Positions 41,801 to 54,407 of a DNA stretch of 64,000 bases are shown piece by piece (within the stretch, counting starts at the first letter, position 1; each line of letters starts with the position of its first letter). A program made the translations under genes and the position numbers. This DNA is from Catajapyx aquilonaris (lineage: Eukaryota): assembly GCA_000934665.2 (NCBI GenBank), contig JYFJ02000904.1, positions 1-64,000 of the forward strand, given 5' to 3'. The notes under the pieces were generated by a model, which worked only from the letters and a program-made list of their open reading frames with translations, had not been told where the DNA came from and made no database searches.

Positions 41801-44800
41801 CCTACAGGTCAGCAGATAGGCACACATTATCGCCAGAATCCTCCTGGAGATGAATGCAAAGGAGTAATGGATGCGCCAACGCCTGCAGGCCCTCCAGGAA
41901 CCCCTTTTTTGTGGTGCGGCGCAATGTGTGCCATCCACTCCCGGAACCGCCCCTAATTGAATCAGTTGTTTCGAAAAAACGGGGGCTGTACCATATTGAT
42001 TTACTATTTATTTCTTTGCCACAAATACAGTGCCCTTACAGGTCAGCAGATAGGCACACATTATGGATATGATTATATCAATAATGTATGCCTATCTGCT
42101 GACCTGTGAGGGCACTGTATTTGTGGAAACATAATTGTAAATCAATATGGTTCGGCCATCTGGACTTAAGTCCTTGTCGAAACAACTGATTCAATTATGA
42201 AACACATTGTATATTTAGGGCCCAGGGTGTTCCAATCAAAAGATCAGTTTCAGTTAGAACATTTTTGGCACTAAGGTGTTCATTTTTAAGCAGTTACACT
42301 GGAGTAGTCACTTTCAATGAACATAGAAAGTATCAGCTGTTAATATGGTCAAAATTAACCATCCACCCTAGCTCAGAATTGTAATGATTTCCAATTGGGC
42401 ACATCCCATTGGAGTAATGGCCCTGAACATCATTAACTGAACCTATTTTTTGGAGGTCAGATCCCTGTGCAGGCATTAGCAAGATTGGCTCTAGATGGGT
42501 TCATGCAATATATTATCATAAACTAAGGGCCGTATTTTCAACATCCTAGCAAAAGTGGACGTTCTGGTCGCTAGTTGCCGCTGGTGCTGCTCGAGGCAGC
42601 AGGAACGAGATTTTGACAGTCTGTCTTGCACCCTACAACCCGCTAGCAAGGGTAAGGCTCCTTCCCAGTCGTCCCTCAAGCCAATGGGGGCTGTGCAGGC
42701 AAGTTTTCAAAATTCCCCACGGTAGGAGGTCGTATATCTACAGCGTTCACTCATCCAGCCTCTCTGACCGTCACCCAGTGCTCCTCTGTCCCCTTTGTTT
42801 CCTCGATGAAATCCACATCCCCCTCCTCTGCAGTACACTGTACTCCCGATTATCTGTGCTAATTGATGCAATGGTGTGCCCGGAATACCAAAAAACGCTG
42901 ATAACCTGAAAATGGGTCGATATATCGTAAAAATTAGCTATTCAGAGGTGGTTAATGAACTACATAAGCTATTGACTGCTGCTTTAAATAATGTCTAATC
43001 AAGATAATACAATGTATACTCCCAATTATCCGGTGCAGAATATCTGTGTTGCAGATCTTTTTCAATTGCGGAGTCAGCCAGTGCCTCGAATGCAACGTGC
43101 TTTTCAGCTGCAGCAATTAGCCTAGCTTATCACATAATAAAACCACAGCATCTTTAGGCATCCGGCAACCCTAAATAAAGCATCTCGCCTGTCCTGCATT
43201 ATTAGGCTCCTAGGGAAATGGACCTTCCCTAGCCAGGACGTGAACTGCTACCATCCCTGTCCCCGCGAACTCAGCCATATTGAGCTAGCTAGCAACTTGT
43301 GGAGACCCCTGAGCTGGTTGCAGCGGGCAGGAGGGTAGCTAGCAAGATACCCACCCCATCGCAGCTTACCAGGACATTTAAAATCCGGCCCTAATACATT
43401 TGACAACCACTAGTAACTATGTCAAAGTAACTGCTTAAAATTAACAGCTTAGTGTCAAAAATTGCTAACTGAAGATGGCACTGCTATTGCAGCACCTTCT
43501 ACATTATGAAATCTGTCTGTAGTGAAATCACAGTGTTCTGCACAAATTTTCTGTAGTGCCAAGGTATTACAGTTTCCATGATACTCAACAGAATTACAGT
43601 ACATTGAAAATCCAGCATCACCATCAAGCAACATTCCCATAATGAGCCAGTTTTATCTGTATTAAAATTATGTTAGAAACAGATTTCACTGGGTACTTCT
43701 TCTTAAGTACTCTACAGTTAGTGTAATAACATTGAGAAGCACAGATTATGTTGTAAAATCCAACAGTTATAACAGTTAAAACAAATATATTCGCTAGTTA
43801 TTAAACCTCCAGCTTAACATGTGAATGATGAAATCATGCATAAGAATATCAGTATCACCCCATCACAGCAACAAGTCCACTGAAAAGTAAGCTGAAAAAG
43901 GGTCCACCTGGTTTACATTTTCACATTCACATTTCAAGTTACACTTTCAACAAGTGATATCTTACTTGTTTGTGTGTGTCTGTTACTAAAATCCCAGTTA
44001 TTCCAAGTTAGACATAATAGCAAAGAGCACATAATATGCGAGATTTGAAGCCCCGAAAGTCACAAGTTAAAATGGCTCAAGGCCATTCTTGTTGGAACAG
44101 CATACACTTGTATAGTTGTATACAATGCAATTTCTCTCTGCACAAAAATTATGTCCCACTTGTGACATCAACATATTACATGCTAGTGAGCCGTAACTAA
44201 CACAGCTGCACTGAGCAAATTGAATTCTTTAAAATTATCACTCAGCTTGTCACCCCTTCTTCCAACAAGATTCACCTCCATTATATTAGTCACAACACAC
44301 CCTAAAGTGCTTCGACCAAGTCATTACAGCATTAACATAACCCTTACAGACCCTAAACTTGGAATTTCCATGCCCAAGAAACATATTCAAGCATATTGAA
44401 CATTAAAAAAAAATCCTTGCAAGATCTCTTCAACTGACTCATGTGACAGGCTTCTTTTCTTTGCCTTATAGAGAATTACAAGCTGATTTTAGGCCCTTCT
44501 CTTATCATTCACTGACCCTTTACTTCTTCCTACCATTGAGTTTATTTCAATGACATTGTATGGTATCTGATTCTGTGTCTCATTTAAATCTCTATCAAAC
44601 TGTACCATTATAAATTAAACAACCACTAATATTCCCATTTAGTTTAAAAGAATTATATTGCACACAAAATAATTTTCTACTCCATAGGATTACAAACCAA
44701 TACATAATAAAAATAAATTGCTGGAGAACATGACAAGAGGCCCCTTGGTTATTACAAAATTGGTCCCAAGTTCAGACCCAAGCATTACAATGCAGCGTGA

Positions 44801-47800
44801 TTGCTTTAAGGTGTGGTACTGTGGTTTTTCATCTGATAGTATAAAAGTACAATTTCAAGTATTAACTATTGGGGCAGTGACCATTTATGTTGTGTTCGCT
44901 AGAATGTGACAGACCAAAACAGAGTAATAACTGGCACTTGCGTCTTGTGTTTCTAGGCCTGGGGTGTTGGTATTGCATGTCTCAAAAGAACAAGTGGTTT
45001 TATTCAACCTTGGTCAGCTTAATACAATGGGTTAACTCTCTTATATTCACCTGCTTACCAGCATGCCTGTGTATATTCAAATTAGTTCCAGTTTGGATTG
45101 CCTCACATTTGTTGCTATTATTATTGCCCCTTGGCTAGTAATGGCATCATTGGTGATACAAGTCAGACCTTATCTGGCATACAAGTGCATACAACTATTA
45201 GTATACAATAGCATACAAGAGTGAGTACCCCCTTGAGTTAATATGAAAAAAGTTAATGTATGAAATACATAAGTCAGTGACTATAATATTTCTGATGCAA
45301 AATATTGCAGCCACAATGCAAGCCTGGCAAATATGCATAGTAAAAAATGGAAAAACCTCTTTTGATAACAAGTGTTCATGTGTTAATAGTTATGCAGCCC
45401 CTCCAGTTGAATTCAACTCATTTCAAGACTCGGAGTTTCATGTAATTCCTAAAGTTTTGCAAAATGTAGTTAACAGATCCATAAGAGCTTCAGGCCACTA
45501 AAATTACTTTTGACATGCATCAATTTTTTGTTAGTGTGAGAACTTTGTTCATCCTAAATGGGAGCAAGGTAATATCATCTAATTATTAGCCAATAGAATT
45601 ACACAACCAACAGAGATGGTCTTCCCTATATTGAATTGAAATGTTGAATATATTTCCTCAAGCATACACAAAGACTACCACCTTGTACTTTCCTACATAA
45701 TAACAACCTTCTGCTGTATGTTATAAAAATAATATAGTGTATCAACATCCATAAACTCACGTCAACTCATACCTGTTCATTTGCATGTACGTGTGTGTTA
45801 TGCACAATCAAGCACCACATGTAGATGTCAGCAGCATCGGCAGCGTCACAAATGATCATGCATTCATGCACACACGGAAGTAGAAGAAGAAGAGGAAGTG
45901 CTTGGGTAGTGAATAAAAGTGAAAAGGGTTAACACCTACGTATTTGTTTACCTTCCGCATACTGTCCTCCAGATTCTCCTGCAGGCTCTCGGTGGATGAA
46001 GAAACTCCCCCTCCTCCCCCCATCAGAGTGGCCCCAATGCCACTACTTCCTCCTCCCCCTGCAGGAGTCAACCCACCCACTTTCCTGGCCAAGGTCTTGG
46101 TGACTACAGACAAAACATTGGGTCCCAGAAGAGTCTCCTTGGGGTCTCCTGCTCCACTCCCACCACCAACTGCCCCTCCCCCACCACTCCCAGCCAATGA
46201 CCGGACCTCCTGCAGCTCAGCCTCCAGCTTGTTGTTAGCTGCTAGGAGTCGCTTTATCTCAGAGTAGTATTTGTTACGGGTCATTATATTTGCTTCTTCC
46301 ACAGATTCTGAAATGGACGGAACAAGTATTGTGCATTAAGCCTCCCTAGCCCCATCAAGCCCCCCCATCAAGACTTAGAATAAGAAGCAGGTCCCAGCAC
46401 CATTTGTGGCCATTTTCAAACCTGATTTTCACAACACACGAAACACAGGGAGAAACTTTGTTTCACTTTTTAGCAAATTATAATTGTGAACAAGAAATAT
46501 TGATCTTTGAACAAATCCTTTCTTTTCTACATGCAGGGTGTTCAAAGTTCGTGGGGCGTGTTAGTTATAAGGAATTTCACTTAAAGTTGGGTTTTTTTTT
46601 GTAGCTTGTTGCACCGCTAACCAGGTGCCATATTCTATAACCACTGCTACATTTGACCACCTGATAGTACTGAGGAACCTGGATTGAGGCACAACAAGCT
46701 ACACAAAAATAACTACGTTGGGCGATATTAGTGATACATAAAGTGACCCACAAACTTGGAACACCCTGTATAAATGATTTCAAGACAACAAGACACACTA
46801 CACCTTTCTATTAGCCTTCTAGTTCTCAATTGCCCCAAGTATTGACCTACTCATGCAACATCATCATTCTCCTGACTAAAGTTGGATAAAGCTGAACTGA
46901 CAAGTGAGTCATACCTTATCATATTTCAAATATTCCACTGTGCAGTTCAACTCAAAGTCATAACTGTTCTCGTATCTAGATTGGAAACACAAATAACCTC
47001 AAACTGATATCTTTGTAAGTCACATGCTCATTTTTCAATTTGGAGATGTCTTGATTTATTTTTGCTTCGTTGACCCATTCATGGATTCCTCAGATTACCT
47101 TTCAAGAGCTGGTTAAGCGTAGCCACCTCCTCCCTGCACTTTCTTCTCTCTGCCTCAATTTCATTTTCCTTAGTGCACTCAGTTATCATGATCTGGCTGC
47201 GAGCTTCGTCCAATTCATCCCTCAGTTTCTTTAGCTCTTCTTCAATTTGGCTCTTCACCTCGTCAGATGAGCACCTCAGCTCACGCTCCTGCTTCAGCTC
47301 CTCTGTGGTTACAAAATAAAGCAGTCAATCAAGGCATGTGACATCCCAACATACTTGCATGGTTAACTGTGCAAACATGCATACAGATGTGAGGAAAGTT
47401 TGAGTGAAAAGGAAAAAAGGACCAAAGCATGTTAAAAATAATTTTATAAAGAAATAAACAGGATGCCTTTACTTTGACACTAATCACTCTAATTTCTTCT
47501 ACTTGACAAACTAGCAGGTTAAGGCGCAAAAACTCATGATTATTGAAAATTCACTTGCCTTCCTTCTGCAAGAACAATCCTTTTAATTGTGCTCGTTTTA
47601 ATCCAAAATCTTCCTCCAATTCTTGTTTTTCTCTGCTCAAGATGTTTAGCTTTTCTGTCAATTCACTAACATGTGCTTTCATATCTGTAAAATTGCGATT
47701 CAAAAGCCTGGAACTAATCAGCGGGAAAGAAAAGGTAGGTGGAAGAGAAAACTCTACGAGAGTGTGAAGAGATCAACAAATGATCACCTGCATGCACCAA

Positions 47801-48084
47801 CCACAAGCACAGTTCTGAATTAGCTTGAAGTTGATATATCCCAAGAATTGCAAATGCCCATGTATTAGAAGCAGCAGTGCAATTCACAAACCTCACTGTC
47901 ATTCAGTAAATAGTTACATATCAAAAGTTCACAAGTAACTATTAATAATAAATATATTAAGACAGTCAAGTTTGTGAATATCTGCACATAGCATAGAGAA
48001 ATGTGGTACGCTACCTTCAACTGATGTAGATTCAGGTGGCATCTCAACCTCCGCTGCTTCATTTTCCACTTCACTGTTTTCCAT
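35886..48084 (-). CDS. RABEP1: Rabaptin-5 / Rab GTPase-binding effector protein 1 homolog, coiled coils plus C-terminal FYVE finger
   Basis: ATG at 48084 (MENSEVENE). Motifs 'EEDFGLKRAQLKGLFLQKE', 'LEDSMRK|AQEDAEVLRSLVVPLEEEIKALKDKL', 'ELKHTWQRANDQFLEAQ' and 'ELDNSEAVQKDFVRLSQTLQMQLE'. FYVE signature 'WQHEDDVEECNNC...RRK|HHCRHCGRIFC...RVCDVC'. About 17 coding exons. Confidence 0.93.
37433..37526. repeat. Near-perfect palindrome (~45-bp arms) in a Rabaptin intron; possible tiny TA-flanked MITE
   Basis: gtactatgggcgccaaaagaattgaccggatttgatgggtatat / atatacccatcaactccggtcaattcttttggcgcccatagtac, with one arm mismatch. Confidence 0.93.
39335..39493. mobile_element. pogo/Tc1-mariner-type MITE
   Basis: TA|cagctgaatccggatataac ... 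gttacatccagattcaactg|TA, with internal repeats of 'ctataacag'. Confidence 0.8.
41609..42209. mobile_element. Tc1/mariner-type MITE with ~110-bp subterminal repeats
   Basis: TA|ccatgtgtttca ... tgaaacacattg|TA termini. An internal unit (taattgaatcagttgtttcga...caggtcagcagataggcacacattat) occurs at 41718-41830 and 41954-42064, and inverted at 42081-42197. Confidence 0.75.
42527..43391. mobile_element. PIF/Harbinger-type non-autonomous element
   Basis: TAA|gggccgtattttcaacatcct ... aggacatttaaaatccggccc|TAA: 3-bp TAA TSD and GGGCC termini. Confidence 0.75.
46534..46768. mobile_element. Mariner-type MITE
   Basis: TIRs cagggtgttcaaagttcgtggg / cccacaaacttggaacaccctg. Right flank is TA; left flank is TG, consistent with a mutated TA. 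Confidence 0.75.
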
Positions 48085-48280
48085 GACTGAAAAGTAGAGA
48101 ACCATTACTAACATGTAATCCACCATTAACTACATGCCCTCATTTCCAATTACTTTAATGCCGAGCTTCTGGACCAAAATGCATCAGATCACAACCACGA
48201 CAGACTCCTCTCCAACACTAATGATGTAGTCCCATTTTTGCAGTAAAACCTGAAACAAGAGTTCAATGATTAGAGTAGAG

Positions 48281-48458
48281 TGGCGTTTCTCAACAGGGGT
48301 TCCGCGAGAAATAGTGATGAATAGGCTTAATCATATGAAAATGTATTTTGAGTCGTTAATTGATAGGTCTACAACATAGTAATTTTTGTGTCAGGTTCCC
48401 TGCGACATGAATATTATTTCAAGAGTTGCGCATGGGTAAAATAGGTTGAGAAACGCTG
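48281..48458. mobile_element. hAT (Charlie-like) MITE
   Basis: Exact 8-bp TSD gagtagag on both sides (48273-48280 and 48459-48466); TIRs tggcgtttctcaac / gttgagaaacgctg. Confidence 0.85.
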
Positions 48459-48899
48459 GAGTAGAGTATTACAGTCTTATCCTTCCCTTGTGACTCTCAG
48501 GGTATATTCATCAAATGTCGTTAGTCAAATTTTCGTCGTAGGCGGTAGTAACCATAGTTACTAATAATTAACTAACTATGGCTACGACCGTTTACAACAA
48601 AATTTTGACTGACAACATTTGATGAATGCACCCCGTTTTGGCTGTGGACATAGTTCTCCAAGCTCCAAGTATCATTCTCTTCACAAACTATTAGTTACAC
48701 ACCTTACGAAAGGTAAATCTCTAATTATGGATACATTCACAATACAAAATAAGATTTTCTTTTCATTTGAGTTGATACAACTGGCCCTAACACATGAAAA
48801 GTGTGATGACATGACTAGCTATAGTTACAATAGCACCCAAGACTGTAGAGCCCAGTGGCATCATGTGAGTCACATGACCCTTCCCTTAAATGCCTATAC

Positions 48900-49475
48900 A
48901 CACCCAATATCAAAAAGCGCGTCGTCAGAGTGGGCACGAAAAGAAAGAGGCCAAAACCGGGGCCGTAGGCATCTCCCAACTCGACAACCAAACACCACAT
49001 CTAGGCCTGGGAGACGACAGCTCACGGACCCAGCCTTTGGAGCGACCGGTATTGCCCTTGTCCACGTCCCTTCCTTCCCACCCCATCCCGGACAGTCCCG
49101 AGCCTCGACAAGTAGTGGAAATGACGACGAACCTCGTCCGATCGGTTTCACATCTTTTGTCGGAGAAGCAGCAGCATAATGTCCCTCTTTCCTGCGTTGC
49201 TAGTGCTGCACTGCTGGACACGGGTGTCCTGGACACTCCCGGTTTACAACCAAACTCGGAAGGCGGACGTGTTATATTCCTGCGATGCCACCTGCGACGA
49301 TATATCCATCTAAAAACCGGTCTGGCGGAGACTGCCTCCGACCCACTGCGATGAAGGCCACCCTGTGTGCCGTCACAAACATGGCGGATTGATCTGGTCT
49401 GCTGTTGTGTTCTTGCTCGTCATTCCTTTTGAGGGTCGCGGACAAGTGACCGTACAGTCACAGCACTTGCAGGTA
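48900..49475. promoter_or_regulatory. Likely bidirectional promoter and non-coding first exons shared by Rabaptin-5 (-) and UBE4A (+)
   Basis: CpG-rich segment between two divergent genes whose ATGs each follow an acceptor. A + strand donor GCAG|GTACGG lies at ~49473 and a YY1-like AACATGGCG at ~49378. Confidence 0.55.
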
Positions 49476-49795
49476 CGGAGTTAGGAACAGTTATTCTCAC
49501 ATTTTTTGGTTGATGTCAGATGGAAAACACTGTGCAAGGTGCCCATGTCGATTGGAATATGTGTTGTACCAGATGGATTTCAGTTCTTTTTGGGTCACGG
49601 CTGACCTTGATGGCACACACCTCTGGGGTGTAAATGAGTTGAAAAGGTACGAATGTTTACATATATAAACAGTGAACTGTACGTGGGTCATACTGGAAGG
49701 AAAAGTGTCGACACTACATATCGTAATGCAAATGTGCTAGGTTGTAACTTATTGAGCTTCTAGTAATACCAGATTTTGTGTTTCAGATATACAAA

Positions 49796-52700
49796 ATGGA
49801 AAGAAACATTACTCCAGGCAACCCGTTTGCAGCTCTCTTTGAGGGGCAACCCAGGCAGGAGAAAGTTCCACTAATGGAGGAGAGTTCGCCAGGGCCACCA
49901 ACAACCGAGTGCCTGGAACGTATTTTTGGCATAACGTTAAACAAGAATGGGCAGTCTGGAGTGCTGCGAGTTTACCTAGAAGATGTTGCTGGATCAAGTC
50001 AAGGGCAGCTGGACATGGACAACCTGGACCAGGCTCTGTTTGAGCGGCTCACTCTACCTGACCCAGAAAAGCACGCAGTTGGTTCCTCGGCAGATGGAGT
50101 AACCAGAAGGCACATCCTTGAAAAACAGGTTGCATCGTATCTATATGAGGCATACACACGTTGTGTTACATCAGAAGCACCACACCTGGGTCCTCGTGGT
50201 GTTGAGAGTGTGACCCAGACTGTGGCTCGGTATGTGGTCATGGGCCTGCAATCTGAGGTGTTTGACCAGCCTGTGCATTCAGACTTTTTGCATGTTGCAT
50301 CCAATTCAGTTCACTCTCCTGAGGTATTGCTTCGCCTTCTTCGAGACATAGTCAGAGAGGTTAGAAGTCAAGAGGGTGATGAGGCCCCTAGTACAATAAC
50401 GATCATGTTTTATCCATTACTTGACCTGCTTCGTGACAGTGCAAAAACATACACCCTGACTGGGCTCAATCTAGCGCACATCACATTGCTGCAGGTGATG
50501 GCAACTGTCCCCCTTATATCGACAGCCATTGTGCTGCATAGTATGCCTTCCAGTGCATCTTCTGGGGTCAGCTGGTCTGACACACTGATTGGTAATCTGC
50601 TGTCAGTGTCATGCTTGCCCAGGTCAGACCTAGGGCCAGATCGGTACTTTGAGAATCCTGGGCACCAGCAACTAGCTGCTATATCATCGGAGGAGGGTGC
50701 TGTGTGGAATGCTAGTAAGATTTTAATTGAGGCTCTTCACACTCTCTTCTTACACATGTTGAAGTGTTCAAAGGAGAGCAAGCAGGCAGTGATGAAGTGG
50801 CTCGGTGGGTGTGTAGAATCCAATTCAGCTCGAGCCAAGATGTGGAATGTGCAGCTGGGTGGAATTCTTGGGGCTGCCCATGTTGGAGATGGATTTGCTC
50901 TAAACTTGTCTGCTCTTCTGCTGCGTCTATGCCACCCATTTTGCGGCAGACCAGACCATCCCACATTGCAAAAGGTCAGTCCACAATTTGTTGATGACAC
51001 AATTCTGCTGCCAAGCCTACATGATTCAGCACGCCTGATTCCACATGAGCTGTCAAGTCAGCCAGAGAAACAGTATGGCTTTGTCACAGAGCTATTTTTT
51101 TTGACGCACCGAACCTTTGAGACATGTGTTCGTGTCGCTTATGATAAGCTAGCCAAGCTTAGCCAGGAGCTTGGTCGCATCCAACGACTATACCAGGAAG
51201 CTGTATCTCAAGGTGCTGATTCCGAAGCAGCTCAGCAGATACAGAAGAGGATGAATGCTGGGATGACACGGTACCTGTGTCTCAAAGCAGCCCTACTTGC
51301 CCCAGACTTCTTATCGGACTCAATCAGCTTTGCAGTGGCAACGGCATCATGGTTGACTCACCTGGCAACTGGATCCGATCCAGTGTTTCCTCTCCCAACC
51401 AATGTGCCACCTGAGCTGTCATGTGTGCCTGAATCAGTTGCAGAGAATGTTGGAGAACTTGTCGTCTTTTTGTGCCGCTTCAGTCCCCAGAGCCTTGAAG
51501 AGAGTGGATTATTGGATCACATCCTCACCTTCATATTAGTATTTATGGGCAGCCCCGAGAGGATGCGCAACCCTCATCTGCGTGCAAAGATGGCCGAGTG
51601 CATGGAATCACTCCTCCCAAATTCAGATGAGCGGGATGGGCGCTCCTCCCTGCAGCCCCGGCCCATGTTTAGCACCTTTCAGCGTGATCTTCTGTTCCGG
51701 GAGCACTCACACCGCATACACATTGTACCAACACTCCTGCATGTGTTTGTGAGTATTGAGATGACTGGCCAAAGTGTGGCTTTCGAGCAAAAGTTCAACT
51801 ACCGGCGCCCTATGTATGCTGTCATGAACCATCTCTGGACCCTAGAGGAGCACCGTGATCGCTTTGCAGATCTAGCTGCTCAGGCTGAAGCTGATATGGA
51901 GGCAGTAGACCCACCATTGTTTTTGCGGTTTGTGAACTTGTTGGTGAATGATGCCATCTTCCTTTTGGATGAGGCCCTTGGGTACATGTCACAGCTGCGT
52001 GATCAACAGGCTTCAAGGGAATCAGAAGAATGGAACCAGATGCCTCCGCAAGAACGCCAGCAAGCTGAATCAAACATGGCCCACATGGAGATGATAGCCC
52101 GATTCCACAATGTGTTGGGTCGTGATACCATCAGAACCCTTGAGATGTTGACAGCACATGTGCAGAGGGTGTTCACTCATCCTACCATGGTAGACCGAGT
52201 TGCTGCCATGCTCAACTACTTCTTACTCCATCTGGTGGGTCCCAAGAAGAAAAACTTTAAGGTGAAGGATATGGACCGGTATGAGTTCCGCCCAGCAGAG
52301 ACGGTCACTGACATATGTCGAATATATGTGAATCTGAGTGGAAATAGGGACTTCTGCAGGGCAGTGGCATCTGATGGAAGGTCATACAGCCCACAGCTGT
52401 TTGAGCAGGCTGAGGTGGTGCTGGAAAAGATTGGCAGAGCAGCCATGGTTGGAGAACTAAGGGAAATGGCTGCTAAGGTAGGGGAGGCTGCCACCAGGGA
52501 GCAGAGCCAGGAGGAGTTGCTGGCCGGAGCACCTGAAGAATTCTTGGACCCCATCATGAACACAGTGATGAGCAACCCAGTGGTGCTTCCCACCTCCAGG
52601 ATAACTGTTGACAGATCAACCATAGCCAGGTAAGCGGCATTTACATAAGGTGACAGTCATGAAGCCAGTTGGTGCAAGTGACTAACCGACAGGAAGAACC

Positions 52701-52881
52701 ATTAAGAATCAGTGTTGCTGTCAACTCATATCATTGCAATTTGTTTTACAGACACCTGCTGAGTGACCAGACGGATCCATTCAACCGAATGCCTCTGACT
52801 ATGGACATGGTAGAGCCTAATGATGAACTGAAACAACGCATTGAGGCTTGGGTGCTTGCAAAAAGAGAGAAGGAGCTTTGA
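49796..52881 (+). CDS. UBE4A: Ubiquitin conjugation factor E4 A (Ufd2 core plus U-box)
   Basis: ATG at 49796 ('[15 protein letters not shown]'); exons 49796-52629 and 52752-52881. Motifs '[10 protein letters not shown]', '[21 protein letters not shown]', '[21 protein letters not shown]', and U-box '[48 protein letters not shown]'. Confidence 0.96.
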
Positions 52882-53568
52882 ACAGGAGTCGGTGGTATAA
52901 CCGCACTGAATGAATGGGCAGTGTCTGTGGTTCCTTGACTGTATTTTTTATTGATGTCATTACCATTGCTTTTATCATGCGATTGGTTTTAAAACAATGT
53001 TACCTGTTGCACTTTTCAAGTGAAGACCTTTAGATCAACAATTATGGGCAGGTGTGTGGACGGGTCAATTGTTGCATAGCCGATTGTTGTAGCCTGCCAT
53101 TTGTATCAAAAAAAGGTAGGGCTAAGGCACAGACTAGATGAACTACATAAGCTCACTGGAAGAATAAATATGTACAAAGTGGGGAAGGGAAGGCAATAAA
53201 ACCTGTGTACTGGCAACTTCTACTATTAAAACTGGGGACTCCTGAAAAAAATGTTGCTCTGATCAGGAGTGCAGATGCAACGTTAAAAGAAGAAAAAAAA
53301 AAATCTCTATGTACACCTGAAGTTGCATTGTCACTTCCCATATCAGAGTTAGCCCCCCTACTGTTGCATAGCTGCATCACCGGAATTGTTATTCAGTCAG
53401 AAAGGTGGAGAAGGGGCAAGGGAATAAATATGTACACTTGATTTTAGGGTGATGGTGTGGGGGCAAAAAAGTTCTTGCATAACAATGGTTCCCTGACGTA
53501 CACAGTAATACATGGCTGCCACATCATTGCACTTTCGGAGCTGCCATTATTTTTCAACAACACTTTTG

Positions 53569-54407
53569 TCATTTCCCACCAATCAGTGACCTGACTTTGT
53601 TAACGCACCGGTCCATGAAGCCTCTTTTACGCTGCTTTGGCTCAGTCAAAGGCAGCATCGACACTGAGCGACGCATTGGAGTGGCAGTGTCACTGACAAT
53701 GTTCCCAACAGAGTTGCCTGTGTCCAAGACTTCCTGAGTCTTGTCCTGCTGCACTTGCTTTTCTTCAGGCTGAAGCTGCAAATACTCCTCACATGATGTC
53801 ACCATCTCTTCTGTGTCCTCCAGCTCCTGTGAAAACAGCAGGTTTAATAACATTGTTCCAACTGCAGTCACCTTGCTGTTATCTTACACTGGCATCTTGG
53901 AGGATGGTGTCAAGGCTGCGGGCTCTTCGGAAAGAACCGGAGCTTTGCAGTTTTCCTGCAGGAACATTGTTAGTGTTGGTCCTTGGCGGAGGCAGTGGCA
54001 CTTTTGCACTGTTGGGGTTGTTGAGGTTGTTAAGGCTCTTGATCCTCCAGGTGCGAGGCGAGTTCCTTGGTCGTGACTGTGGGCTCAAGGGAGGCTTCTG
54101 ATGGGCGGGGCTGCAGGATCGACGGCGCTGCTGCTGAATTGTTGGAAGGTGGCCTATAGAGCCTCTCTTATGTGGCCTGATGATGAAAATGGTAAATTAT
54201 GTTACATAGGTTGTTGTAGTTGTTAATTTGTTTATTTGCTAAATCAAGCACTAGTTAGTCTCACTATACCTACAGTATATACAAAGAAATTATGCGGAAG
54301 TCACATGGAAGAAGTATGGCGTGTCATACATTTTATAAAAAATTTAGCCGTTATGTTGTATCAGAAAAAGATGCTCACCTGCCGTGTTTGGCCAGGGATC
54401 CGTCTAG
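53569..54407 (-). CDS. SARM1: In-frame C-terminal extension of SARM1 beyond UGA-CUAG (segments 54407-54379, 54176-53888, 53826-53569)
   Basis: After GAT TGA CTA G the frame is open to donor AG|GTGAGC. It splices in phase to a stop-free 289-nt exon, then via AGT|GTAAGA to a final exon ending 'RGFMDRCVNKVRSLIGGK*'. Confidence 0.7.

Noticed and set aside
48619..49354. 150-190-aa ORFs in the Rabaptin/UBE4A intergenic region
   Set aside because: GC-rich promoter/UTR sequence with overlapping ORFs on both strands and no recognisable domain.
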